Assembly: GCA_964462545.1 (NCBI GenBank)
Contig: CAYWXR010000010.1
Location: 49,801 to 113,800, forward strand
Length of the DNA: 64,000 nucleotides
Origin: an uncultured Thermomicrobiales bacterium
GTDB lineage: Bacteria; Chloroflexota; Chloroflexia; Thermomicrobiales; CFX8
Reading direction: 5' to 3'
The translations under genes and the position numbers were made by a program. The notes beneath the pieces were generated by a model. It was not told the DNA's origin. It searched no databases and saw only the letters and a list, made by a program, of their open reading frames with translations. This document shows positions 54,146 to 63,304 of this stretch, piece after piece (the first letter of the stretch is position 1; each line of letters begins with the position of its first letter).

Positions 54146-55738
54146 TCAGTGAATCGCCGCAGGACTGGCCAGTGGTGCGATTGCCACGTTCAGCAGCGAC
54201 GGGCCATCGGCCTCCAGACTTGCATCCAGTGCACGCTGCATCTCCTCCGGTGACGTCACCTGCCACCCCGTGCCACCATACCCGGTTGCAACCAGGTCAT
54301 ACCTCGCCGGCAACAAGGACGTATCAAACGTGCGATCCTCGCCGTAACGCGAGACCTGCTGGTGCCACTCCGCGGCCCAGAGTCCATCGTTTCCGACCAC
54401 GACAGTCATCGGGGAGCCATACCGCGCGGCGGTCTCGATCTCGGTGAGGTGATACCCGACTCCGCCATCACCTGCGGCGACGAACACCCTCCCCTGGTGC
54501 CCGCTCGCCCGGACACCAACCGCCATTGGAACGGCTCCGCCAATCGCGCCGAGACGGCCACTCCAGAGAATCCGGCACGGCGCATCCCGCAACCCGAGAC
54601 GCATCCACTGGCAGAACTCTCCCCCATCGAGCACGACAACATCGTCGCTGGTCAAACGGTGGCGAACTTCCAGCGCCACGTGCAGCGGGTGGACCTTCCC
54701 ATCGGCCGTGTTCGCTTCAGGAGCAGTCGCTGGCTGGAGTGGCCAATGAGCGGCCCATTCGGCAGAGACCGAACCGGAATCAGCCAGGTGCTCAATCAGA
54801 AACTCCAGTGCTGCTCCTACATCAGTTCTTGCATGCAGGTCCGGCTGACGCGCAGGCACCGGCTCTCCCGGCGCATCAATCAGCAGCACCTTGCCCTGTT
54901 CGGCAATCGTGCCCGGATCGAGAAAGCCGACCGTGAAATCGGCTGGCCCGATGACCAGCGCGCAGTCGCTGTTCCGGTAGTCCTGGATAATCTCCAGGTA
55001 CTTGAGGTCGCTGAGTGCACGGGGACATTCGGTAATAACCGGTTCAATATTCAGCAACCGGCACAGCGTCCATAGCGATTCCACACGACCATGCCGCCCG
55101 GCAGAGGGACGAGCGATGACCAGGGGACGCTCGGCTTTGCCAAGTTCCTCAGCCATCCGGGAGAGGGTTACCTGGTCATTTGATGTGAGTTTCGCAGAAT
55201 GTGCTGGCTCCGTGACCGAGGTCCGGTTGTGAACTGTGGCATTGAGCACATCAGCCGGAATCGTCAGGTGCACTGGCCCGGGAATTCCAGAGGTGGCGAG
55301 ATTGTATGCTGACATCAGGCTCGAGTGGACATCATCGGCACTGGTGACGTCGAAACCGGCTTTGCAGATGGCTGTCGGAATCGCCTGCTGGTCGAATTCC
55401 TGAAACGCCCCGTATCCTCGCAGATTGACCGGACTTCCACCACTGATGCAGATCATCGGAAGTTCCATGCTCGCCGCGACAGCAATGCCGGTAAACGAAG
55501 CGACGTGCCCCGGCCCTGCCGAAACCAGCATGACACCCGGCTTTCCGGTCATCTCTGACCAGGCAGCGGCAGCGTAGGCTGCTGCTGATTCGTGCCGCAT
55601 GTGGATGATGCGGATGCCCGCATCCGGTGCTGCATCAAAGATCGGCAGGATCTGGTTCCCGGATACCGAGAAAATGGTGTCCAGACCGAGGCTTGCCAGC
55701 GTTGTGACAACCTCCCGGCCACCCGATTCTGCGTGCAT
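54146..55738 (-). CDS. Thiamine-diphosphate-dependent enzyme (acetolactate synthase large-subunit family; specific activity unknown)
   Basis: N-terminal PYR domain (HESAAAYAAAAWSEMTGKPGV), C-terminal ThDP motif GDGGVGYHL...VVVGNDGLW. Confidence 0.8.
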   Translation of the reverse strand: MHAESGGREVVTTLASLGLDTIFSVSGNQILPIFDAAPDAGIRIIHMRHESAAAYAAAAWSEMTGKPGVMLVSAGPGHVASFTGIAVAASMELPMICISGGSPVNLRGYGAFQEFDQQAIPTAICKAGFDVTSADDVHSSLMSAYNLATSGIPGPVHLTIPADVLNATVHNRTSVTEPAHSAKLTSNDQVTLSRMAEELGKAERPLVIARPSAGRHGRVESLWTLCRLLNIEPVITECPRALSDLKYLEIIQDYRNSDCALVIGPADFTVGFLDPGTIAEQGKVLLIDAPGEPVPARQPDLHARTDVGAALEFLIEHLADSGSVSAEWAAHWPLQPATAPEANTADGKVHPLHVALEVRHRLTSDDVVVLDGGEFCQWMRLGLRDAPCRILWSGRLGAIGGAVPMAVGVRASGHQGRVFVAAGDGGVGYHLTEIETAARYGSPMTVVVGNDGLWAAEWHQQVSRYGEDRTFDTSLLPARYDLVATGYGGTGWQVTSPEEMQRALDASLEADGPSLLNVAIAPLASPAAIH

Positions 55739-55780
55739 GGTTTCTCTCTCGTTCTTGAACCTGCGGGACAGGTATCGGGA

Positions 55781-57025
55781 TCAGTCGGTATCACCGTCGG
55801 GCGATTCAGCCTTTCGCTGAGGTCGCCGTCGTGGCTTGTCCGGTGGAGTGCCGGATTCCCCCTCAGTGTCGGGCGGCAGGTTCGACTGCGTATCACGCAG
55901 GTACTGGTCGACGATCGCCCGCCAGGAAACATTGTTGGCAATATTCGCCTGCATCTGGGCATTCATCGCAAATCGCTGCTGGCGCATACGCAACGCATCC
56001 TGGATGATCACCTGCAACGCCGCAGCAATTGGCAAGGCCAGCAGGGCGCCAATTGGCCCCATGTATTGCCCACCGGCCATTACGGCGATAAACACCGTCA
56101 ACGCCGAGAGACCAATGGTGCCTTTCATGATCCGGGGCACCAGAACTGTGTTCTCGGCAAGTTGCAGGAGCATGAGGAAGATCGCAACTGCCAATGCCTT
56201 CTGCCAGGAATCCAGCAGAGCGATCGCAAACGCCGGAATACCGCCAATCCATGGGCCAATGATCGGTATGACTTCGGTCAGTCCAGCCCAGAGGGCAAGC
56301 AACAACCAGAAGCGCACATCGAGAATGGCGTAGCCCACGCCAGCCAGCAGACCGATAATCAACATCAGCAGCAGTTGCCCGCGGAGCCAGTCGCCGACCT
56401 TGGATTCCACATCGTTCCAGATGGAGTTGATACGCTCCCGGTTGCCAGGTGTCAGTTGCATCAGGAGCAACCTCTTGAAGAGGCGTTTCTCCATCAGGTA
56501 GTAGAAGCCGATAACGAATGTTGCAACGAGCCCGAACGCGGCGCCGCCAATACCGGTAAGTAACCCGATCGCGGTATCACCGGTGGGAGGTGGCGGGTTC
56601 TCAAGCCGGAAACTGAGTTGCGTCATCAACCGGTAGCCGGTGGTTGCCAGGAAGCGGTTATCGCTGGTACGCCAGCTTTCGGCGACATCATCAACAATAA
56701 CCGGCACTTCTTCCCAAAATGCCCTCGCCTCGGCAGTCACCAGCGGTGCAACGAGCATGCCAATACCGATGACAATAATGAGAATCGCGGCGTAAACAGA
56801 GAGGATTGCAGCGGCCCGGGGGAAGCCCCGGCGTTCGAGCTTGATGACGGGCCGTTCAATAACTGTTGCGAACAGAATGGCGAAAAGCAGCAGGATGACG
56901 ACAATCTGTACCTGGATAAACAGGTAGAAGATCACCAACACCACCAACAGCGAAAGTGGCGTCAGGCCAGGCCGTGACGACCGGGGCTCAACCGGACTGG
57001 CAGGGGGCTGGGCGTCGGCTTCCAC
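55781..57025 (-). CDS. AI-2E family transporter (PerM/UPF0118)
   Basis: 414 aa, ~8 TM, conserved C-terminal core IPIIGPWIGGIPA. Confidence 0.8.
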   Translation of the reverse strand: MEADAQPPASPVEPRSSRPGLTPLSLLVVLVIFYLFIQVQIVVILLLFAILFATVIERPVIKLERRGFPRAAAILSVYAAILIIVIGIGMLVAPLVTAEARAFWEEVPVIVDDVAESWRTSDNRFLATTGYRLMTQLSFRLENPPPPTGDTAIGLLTGIGGAAFGLVATFVIGFYYLMEKRLFKRLLLMQLTPGNRERINSIWNDVESKVGDWLRGQLLLMLIIGLLAGVGYAILDVRFWLLLALWAGLTEVIPIIGPWIGGIPAFAIALLDSWQKALAVAIFLMLLQLAENTVLVPRIMKGTIGLSALTVFIAVMAGGQYMGPIGALLALPIAAALQVIIQDALRMRQQRFAMNAQMQANIANNVSWRAIVDQYLRDTQSNLPPDTEGESGTPPDKPRRRPQRKAESPDGDTD

Positions 57026-57076
57026 GCTGTGCCTCTCGCAATGCTGCTAACTCGAAGAACGGGACTATCCGAAAGG

Positions 57077-57448
57077 TCAGGCGCCGGAAATCACCACCTC
57101 GTCAGCCTTGCCAGGTAGCCGTGACCAGTCAACTGCCCACATATCCGGATCGTATGGATCGACCGGCTTGCGGCCACCAACAGAATCCCAGACTGTCGGG
57201 AATGCGTACACATTCTTGCCGCCAATCTCCAGCTTCCGGGCAACTCCACCCGGCTGGCTTACGGCAAAAATCTCGCGCGGCGGTTTCGAAATCATCTCGG
57301 CCTGAAACCAGCCATGCTCGGCACACTTTCCGGTATGCAGCTCCCAGTTCAGCCCGGCAGTTACCTTGCTCAAATGCCGGATCTGGACATTCGACAGCTG
57401 CCCATTGCAAAGCGGGCAAACCATCGGCGTCCGGCGTCGTGAAGACAT
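57077..57448 (-). CDS. Hypothetical protein with N-terminal CPLC...C-x2-H zinc-ribbon-like motif
   Basis: 123 aa from ATG 57448; MVCPLCNGQL ... GKCAEHGW. Confidence 0.45.
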   Translation of the reverse strand: MSSRRRTPMVCPLCNGQLSNVQIRHLSKVTAGLNWELHTGKCAEHGWFQAEMISKPPREIFAVSQPGGVARKLEIGGKNVYAFPTVWDSVGGRKPVDPYDPDMWAVDWSRLPGKADEVVISGA

Positions 57449-57688
57449 CGCGCTGATCCCCCTCGATTCACCGCCTGTCGCCACCCAAAACGACATGACG
57501 CGTTGTCGGCATGCAAAAAGAAGCAGCATGAACGCTGCCACGCGCAGCAATGGTACTATACGTTCTAGGCGAACCGGCTGTCATCATATTGATGCTGAAG
57601 ACATGGGCTCAGTATCTCTGATTCCAGTCTCCAGCGGGATGACTGTATCCGGAACCACGACGGAGGGGATAAGCCTACAGGAGGGCAA

Positions 57689-58186
57689 ATGGCAAACACC
57701 GACAAGATTGACGCGTTGATCTCAACCGTTCGTGATCTGAACCATCTGGTGAGGCCAAAGCTCACTGATGAGATCGGCGGCGGAAGCGGCAACATGGCGG
57801 AAGTCCACAAGATCATCGGCGAGATGCGCGACCGGGAACTGATCGCGTCGCACAGCATCAAACGCATGCTTCTTGGCAACCGCGAAGGCGTCGAGGCCGA
57901 GGAAATTCAAAGCATGATGGGCACCGCCGGCACGCAGATCACGCTCGAGGAGGCGCTTGCCATCCACGACGATGTCTCCGAGATTTCCACTCGCGAAGTC
58001 CTTTCCGGGTTTGGAACTGCACGCGAAGCCATTCTTTCCCTGGTCCGGGACCTGAGTGACAGCGACTGGACAACCACCTCGACACTGGGCGATTCCGACG
58101 ACCGCAACAGTGTTGCAGCGGCTGTCGATGCACTCATTGCCGACGATCAGGCTGCACTGGCGCGGATCAAGCAACTCATTAGCTAA
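57689..58186 (+). CDS. Hypothetical acidic helical protein (165 aa)
   Basis: ORF with GGAGGG RBS and its own strong terminator; no confident family assignment. Confidence 0.5.
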   Translation: MANTDKIDALISTVRDLNHLVRPKLTDEIGGGSGNMAEVHKIIGEMRDRELIASHSIKRMLLGNREGVEAEEIQSMMGTAGTQITLEEALAIHDDVSEISTREVLSGFGTAREAILSLVRDLSDSDWTTTSTLGDSDDRNSVAAAVDALIADDQAALARIKQLIS

Positions 58187-58227
58187 CCGATCCAGACCGG
58201 ACATATCTGAACCTGGCCAAGAAAGTA

Positions 58228-58256
58228 GGGGGCTTGTAAACGCCCCCTTCTTTTTG
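58228..58256 (+). terminator. Intrinsic terminator
   Basis: GGGGGC-TTGTAAAC-GCCCCC followed by TTCTTTTTGTTT. Confidence 0.75.
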
Positions 58257-58282
58257 TTTGCCCGGACGCCAGATGCCGGGCA

Positions 58283-60184
58283 ATGGCAACTGCCGCGGAT
58301 TGGAACTACAATTGGATCAACTTGGGGGATGCCAGCACTGTGTGGGAGCGGCTGGTATCAGGAAGATTGGTCATTTCCTTGCATTCACAGCAGGCCACCG
58401 GGCAGGTTCAATCTCGATCCGCTGTTGAGGAGCGCGCTCTTCGCCTGAGCTTCTATCTCTCCATCGGCGCGTTTGTCTGGGCCATTGGCATCGCCATCAT
58501 CGGTGCACTGGTTGGTGCAACCGGAGCAGCCGAGAGTTGCAATGGATGGCCACTTTGCGACGGCAAGATCATCCCTGCCAGCACCGAACACTCGCTGATG
58601 ATCGGCCACCGCTTTGGCAGCTTTGCCATTCTCCTGCTTTCTGCGGCACTGGTTTGCATCACCCGAATTCGACTCGAACGCTATACCGGCATCATCGCCC
58701 TGGCTTCCACCGCATTCGCACTCATCCTGCTCCAGTCAGTAGTGGGTGGAGCCGCGGTCGTCCGTAATTTGCCGGGCCTTCTTGCCAGTCTGCACCTGTT
58801 GCTCGCGCTGATTGTCGCCGGCACTCTCTCAGCAACTGCTGTTGTTCTCCATCGTGAATTGACTGCATCCGGACCGGACATTGCCGTGAAAGCCGGTGCA
58901 TCCGGCATTGTGCGGGGAATTGTTGCTGTAACCCCGCTAACGGTCATTCTCGCCGGATATGTCAACCCTCGTGACCTGAACAGCCTTTCCTTTGGTCAGC
59001 CAGGCGGAATCGAGGCTGCGCTGCTGGTTTCGGCAGCAATCGTTGCTGTGCTTGTTGCACTGATGAACGTTGGCATGCCGTCCCGCGAGGTTCCCAACTC
59101 CCGTTCAAGGACGATTGTTGTCTTCTCTTCACTGGCGATTGCCATTGCCGGCGGGCTCGGGTTGCTTCCGGCGTTTGTTGAAACCCCGGTGGTAATCCCG
59201 GCGCTTGCGCTTGGACTGGCCGCAGCCGGGTGGTCCGGATTTGTGGCCCTTGCCTACGGTACCAACCTGGCGCTTGAGACTCAGCCTTTGACCATTCCGT
59301 CGGTAACACGACTTCGAGAACTGGTTCGAGACTTCCTGCGCGTGATGAAGCCGGGCATTATGGTGCTCCTGCTGGTCACGACGCTCGGTGCAATGCTCAT
59401 CGCCAGCAACGGCTGGCCACCGCTGGGACTGGTGCTGATCACCATGTTTGGCGGCGCACTGGCATCCGGGGGAGCGAGTGCACTGAACTGCTACCACGAC
59501 CGTGATATCGACGGCGTAATGGCCCGCACCCGGAAGCGACCAATCCCGACCGGTGGTCTTACCCCGCACCAGGTCCGCGCATGGGGCTACATCCTCAGTG
59601 GTGCATCGGTCATGGTGTTGGCAATCTGGGCCAATCCGCTTGCCGCATTGATGGCACTCTCCGGCAATATCTTCTACGTCGAGATTTACACCCGCCGCCT
59701 GAAGCGATCGACACCGCAGAACATTGTCATCGGTGGCGCTGCCGGTTCATTTCCGCCACTGGTCGGCTGGGCAGCAGCAAGCGGTTCCCTGAGTCTCGGC
59801 GCCTTCCTGATCGCTGCGCTGGTCTTCTACTGGACGCCGCCGCACTTCTGGAGCCTGGCGCTCCTCAAGGCCAACGACTACCGGCGTGCCGGCATCCCGA
59901 TGCTGCCGGTTACGCACGGCGACCACGAAACGCGCCGGCGAATTGTTCTCTATGCCCTGTTGCTGGTTGCCATTACCCTGCTTATGGTGCCGGCCGGAGT
60001 AGCAGGCTGGCTCTATGGAGCAGTCGCAGCCGTGCTGGGCGCGCGGTTCGTCATGGTTGCCTTCCGGATGTTCCGGGAAGACACCAACCGTCTCGCCTGG
60101 CCGCTGTTCAAGTACTCCAACTACTATCTGGCAGCACTTCTCGCGGCAATGGTCATCGACCACGCAGTCCGGCAGTTCATCTAA
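58283..60184 (+). CDS. ctaA-ctaB: Fusion of heme A synthase (CtaA/COX15) and protoheme IX farnesyltransferase (CtaB/CyoE)
   Basis: N-half: ESCNGWPLCDG and His-containing TM helices of CtaA; C-half: MKPGIMVLLL..., NCYHDRDIDGVMARTRKRPIP UbiA-type motif of CtaB; start uncertain (only 27 nt after a terminator). Confidence 0.85.
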   Translation: MATAADWNYNWINLGDASTVWERLVSGRLVISLHSQQATGQVQSRSAVEERALRLSFYLSIGAFVWAIGIAIIGALVGATGAAESCNGWPLCDGKIIPASTEHSLMIGHRFGSFAILLLSAALVCITRIRLERYTGIIALASTAFALILLQSVVGGAAVVRNLPGLLASLHLLLALIVAGTLSATAVVLHRELTASGPDIAVKAGASGIVRGIVAVTPLTVILAGYVNPRDLNSLSFGQPGGIEAALLVSAAIVAVLVALMNVGMPSREVPNSRSRTIVVFSSLAIAIAGGLGLLPAFVETPVVIPALALGLAAAGWSGFVALAYGTNLALETQPLTIPSVTRLRELVRDFLRVMKPGIMVLLLVTTLGAMLIASNGWPPLGLVLITMFGGALASGGASALNCYHDRDIDGVMARTRKRPIPTGGLTPHQVRAWGYILSGASVMVLAIWANPLAALMALSGNIFYVEIYTRRLKRSTPQNIVIGGAAGSFPPLVGWAAASGSLSLGAFLIAALVFYWTPPHFWSLALLKANDYRRAGIPMLPVTHGDHETRRRIVLYALLLVAITLLMVPAGVAGWLYGAVAAVLGARFVMVAFRMFREDTNRLAWPLFKYSNYYLAALLAAMVIDHAVRQFI

Positions 60185-60198
60185 CTATCCGGTCGTTT

Positions 60199-61455
60199 TC
60201 AGAATCTCCAGGCCAGCAGCGGGACAAGCATTTCCCGCCTGGTGAGTGATCCGTGTCCACCGGCAGTGACATTGTTCGACTGCTGGAACGTGAATGCCGA
60301 TCCATTCCTCGAGAGCAGCAACGTCTCGCCGATTCGAGAAATCATGTCCGGGTGGGGCCGTCCCGGTCCGTACAGTCCCGCCCCGAGTGCATCACGCGCC
60401 GGCAACACTGCGCCAAGATCTCCGGCCAATGCAACCAGATCTGCCCGGGCATCCAGACTCCCGCCTGGTAAACCCACTGCCCGCCGATCCCCGGTCGGGA
60501 TGGGCCGGTCACCGCCAAACGCCGCAAGATGATCCTTCAGGGAGATCACCTGCTCCTGATCGATGGCGATGTGTCCATGGTCAGCAACTACCAGGAGCAC
60601 CACATCACCGCGGCCGGCATCGGCAAGCGGAGCGAGCAGTCCGTGGCCGATCGCCTGGTCAAGGACGTAGAGTTCGTTGCGGGCAACATGACTGTCTGGC
60701 CCCCAGGTGTGCGAGAGCGCATCGAATCCATCCCAGTAGCCGTAGATGAACCGTCGGCCGGGTCGTTCTGCCTCACGGAGCAGTAATCCGGCCAACTCGG
60801 AGGGCGTCCGGTGTCCATAATATGAAACTCCTGCAGAATGAATGTTGGTCAATGCAGAGTTGGCGAACTCATGGTTCGCAACGACCGCAGTCTCGACTCC
60901 GGTGTCTTCCAGACGAGCATAGATACTCGGCACACCGGTGAATCCGGCCGGTTCCGGAAGTGGTCTGGCGAGTTCAACCCCGCCGACCGGTTTCCAGCCA
61001 ACAACATTAACGGTTGCGGCCTGCTCCTCCAGATAGATGGTGTAGCCGGCAATGCCGTGCCCCGCCGGGGCGACACCGGTTTGCAAGGTTGTAAGCGCAG
61101 CTGCTGTCGTGGAGGGAAAAACGGATGTCAGTTGCGACTTCCAGGGGCTGCCGGCCAGCCAGGTGATCGTCCCTTCCTGGCGGGCAAGGTCGAAATGCTC
61201 GCTACCCATGCCGTCGATGACCAGCATAATCACGACGCGGGCACCGTCGATCAGCGCCGCCGGCAGTAGCTCCGGGCGCAAGGAACGCAACATGGGCGCC
61301 TGCATTCGGGATCGGTGGACACCAAGACCAAGCAGGATAGACGCCGGAAGATTCGCGATTGAACCTCCGGAGTAATCCGGCAACGTCGCATCGTGCCAGT
61401 TTGCACGGGCAAGGAGATGTTGGAGCCGGGACGGCGAGGTGTTTCTGCCAGCCAC
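60199..61455 (-). CDS. Alkaline-phosphatase-superfamily enzyme (type I phosphodiesterase/nucleotide pyrophosphatase-like)
   Basis: Metal/nucleophile motifs VIDGMGSEHF, FPSTTAAA, LLVVADHGH. Confidence 0.75.
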   Translation of the reverse strand: MAGRNTSPSRLQHLLARANWHDATLPDYSGGSIANLPASILLGLGVHRSRMQAPMLRSLRPELLPAALIDGARVVIMLVIDGMGSEHFDLARQEGTITWLAGSPWKSQLTSVFPSTTAAALTTLQTGVAPAGHGIAGYTIYLEEQAATVNVVGWKPVGGVELARPLPEPAGFTGVPSIYARLEDTGVETAVVANHEFANSALTNIHSAGVSYYGHRTPSELAGLLLREAERPGRRFIYGYWDGFDALSHTWGPDSHVARNELYVLDQAIGHGLLAPLADAGRGDVVLLVVADHGHIAIDQEQVISLKDHLAAFGGDRPIPTGDRRAVGLPGGSLDARADLVALAGDLGAVLPARDALGAGLYGPGRPHPDMISRIGETLLLSRNGSAFTFQQSNNVTAGGHGSLTRREMLVPLLAWRF

Positions 61456-61469
61456 CCGGTGCGTGCTAC

Positions 61470-61799
61470 CTAGGAGTCGCGCCTGGCCCAGGAAGGCCGC
61501 TTCGGTCCTTCGTTGGGAACCGGGATCTGGTTGCGCAGCCGCTCGCGCTCCACCGCCTCGTCGCAGTCTTCCACCGGGCAGCGGAACAGCAGGGTGTAGC
61601 GCACGCTCTCCTGGTCGGTGAACCGGGTGGGAGTACCGACTGTCTTGAAGAGTTCCATCGGCTCATGATGCACCGGGCAGATCGGCCACTCTTCCGGCTG
61701 GGAGAAATCGCCGCGAACCCAGTCAAAAACCTTTTGTAACACCTGTGCACCCTCATATATCGGAGCCAACGGCCGAACCCGGGGCAACGTGGTTGCCAT
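61470..61799 (-). CDS. Hypothetical small protein with CPVHH...CPVEDC motif
   Basis: 109-aa ORF, 14 nt upstream of the AP-superfamily gene; no family recognised. Confidence 0.45.
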   Translation of the reverse strand: MATTLPRVRPLAPIYEGAQVLQKVFDWVRGDFSQPEEWPICPVHHEPMELFKTVGTPTRFTDQESVRYTLLFRCPVEDCDEAVERERLRNQIPVPNEGPKRPSWARRDS

Positions 61800-61926
61800 C
61801 GAGATGAGAATACCCTAACCCGCCAAAGTGCGCCAACCTCAGGTGAGAATCAGCACAACTGTATCCTCAGTCATCCATCACCCGTACAATACAAGGTAAC
61901 GCGTACGAACGAAACGGTGACGAACC

Positions 61927-63249
61927 ATGAGCGATCAGCCGGACATCGTGGGCCAACCGGAAGATGCCATTCCCTCCCCGGATGAACCCGTTATCCGGAC
62001 CGATGACGCTACCGCCGGATCGACCAACCCGCATGTCATTGCGCTTGCTGAATCAATCGGCCCACGGCCAGCCGGAAGCCCCGCCGAGGCTGAGGCAGCT
62101 TCTCATCTGATCGACGCTTTCGCCGCCCGGGGGCTTCCGTCTGCACGCCTGAAAACAACGGTTCACGGAACCGGCCATCTGCTGGACCTGATCCTTGCGG
62201 CAATCTCGTTCGTCACCATTGTTGTTGCGATGCTGTTCCCGGTGGTGGGATTGCTCGCCATCGCGACTATCCTGATCGTGCTGGTTGCAGATGGTCAGGG
62301 AGCGTTCAAACTCGACCGCTTCCTGCCGGCCAGGGAATCAGTGAATGTACTTGGTCTGATCCCGCCGGCAGATGAGGAAGTCCGCCGCGTCGTCATCACC
62401 GCAACACTTGATTCTCCGCCAGTCGGGATGCTCTCCCGCCGGCATATGGGGCACCTCTACAGTTGGCTCCAGATGGCCGTCGTCGTGAGTTCGCTGGTTG
62501 CCGGTTTGATTACCATGATTGCGGTGGTGGATGGCGGGACCACAGTCCGTTGGTTCCTGCTGCTGCCGGCCCTGGTAACCCTTGCCGCCATCCTGCTCCT
62601 TGCCGAGCGCGAACTCCGCAAGGCCCATTCACCGGGAGCAATCACCAATGCCTCCGGGGTGGCGGCACTGATCGAGACCGCACGGCTGGTCACAGCCGAT
62701 CCACCGAAGTGGCTGGAAGTCTGGTTACTTGGGGTGGGAGCATCATCCGGCCGCGGTGGTGGGATGGCCGACTTCCTTTCCAGAAACACGTTCGATCCGG
62801 ATACGACCTACTTTGTCCATTTAGTCAGTCCTGGCGGCGGAACAGTAGCGATTCCCCGGTCAGTCGGAGCCGGGTTCCGCTCGGCACCGGCGGCACCGCT
62901 GCTTGCCTGGATTTTCGACTCCGTCGATCCCGACCAATCCAAACCACCGCCTGAAGAACGTTCAGGACTGGTCGTCGACACGATTGCTCCGCTGACACAC
63001 CGTGCCGGATACCAGACGATTGTCATCACCGGCATGGATGAAAAGCAGCGAATTCCCTGGTTGGCCGGAGAAGAGGACCTCCCCTATCACGTCTTTGATA
63101 GCGGAATCGAGGAAGCAGCCCGGCTCCTCCGGGATGCAATCGACGCCATGGACCGTGAAGTTGCCACCCGCGCGATGCTCGCTCGCGCCACTCCGGCAGC
63201 AGAACCGATTCTGCAGTATTCACCGGACGAACACACCAGCCAGGAGTAG
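61927..63249 (+). CDS. M28-peptidase-like membrane protein, apparently degenerate active site
   Basis: N-terminal IALAESIGPRPAGSPAEAEAASHLIDAF and NVLGLIP...VVITATLDS resemble M28 aminopeptidases but HxD is TLD; 4-5 hydrophobic helices interspersed. Confidence 0.55.
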   Translation: MSDQPDIVGQPEDAIPSPDEPVIRTDDATAGSTNPHVIALAESIGPRPAGSPAEAEAASHLIDAFAARGLPSARLKTTVHGTGHLLDLILAAISFVTIVVAMLFPVVGLLAIATILIVLVADGQGAFKLDRFLPARESVNVLGLIPPADEEVRRVVITATLDSPPVGMLSRRHMGHLYSWLQMAVVVSSLVAGLITMIAVVDGGTTVRWFLLLPALVTLAAILLLAERELRKAHSPGAITNASGVAALIETARLVTADPPKWLEVWLLGVGASSGRGGGMADFLSRNTFDPDTTYFVHLVSPGGGTVAIPRSVGAGFRSAPAAPLLAWIFDSVDPDQSKPPPEERSGLVVDTIAPLTHRAGYQTIVITGMDEKQRIPWLAGEEDLPYHVFDSGIEEAARLLRDAIDAMDREVATRAMLARATPAAEPILQYSPDEHTSQE

Positions 63250-63304
63250 AACCGGCTATAGTGTGTGCCACTGGCTACCGGCGGCCCGATCACCGGCAAG
63301 AGAA

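Noticed and set aside
57077-61799. Homology between the two small Cys-motif proteins (57077..57448 and 61470..61799)
   Set aside because: Beyond a CP(L/V)x motif the sequences do not align by eye, so they are treated as unrelated hypotheticals.
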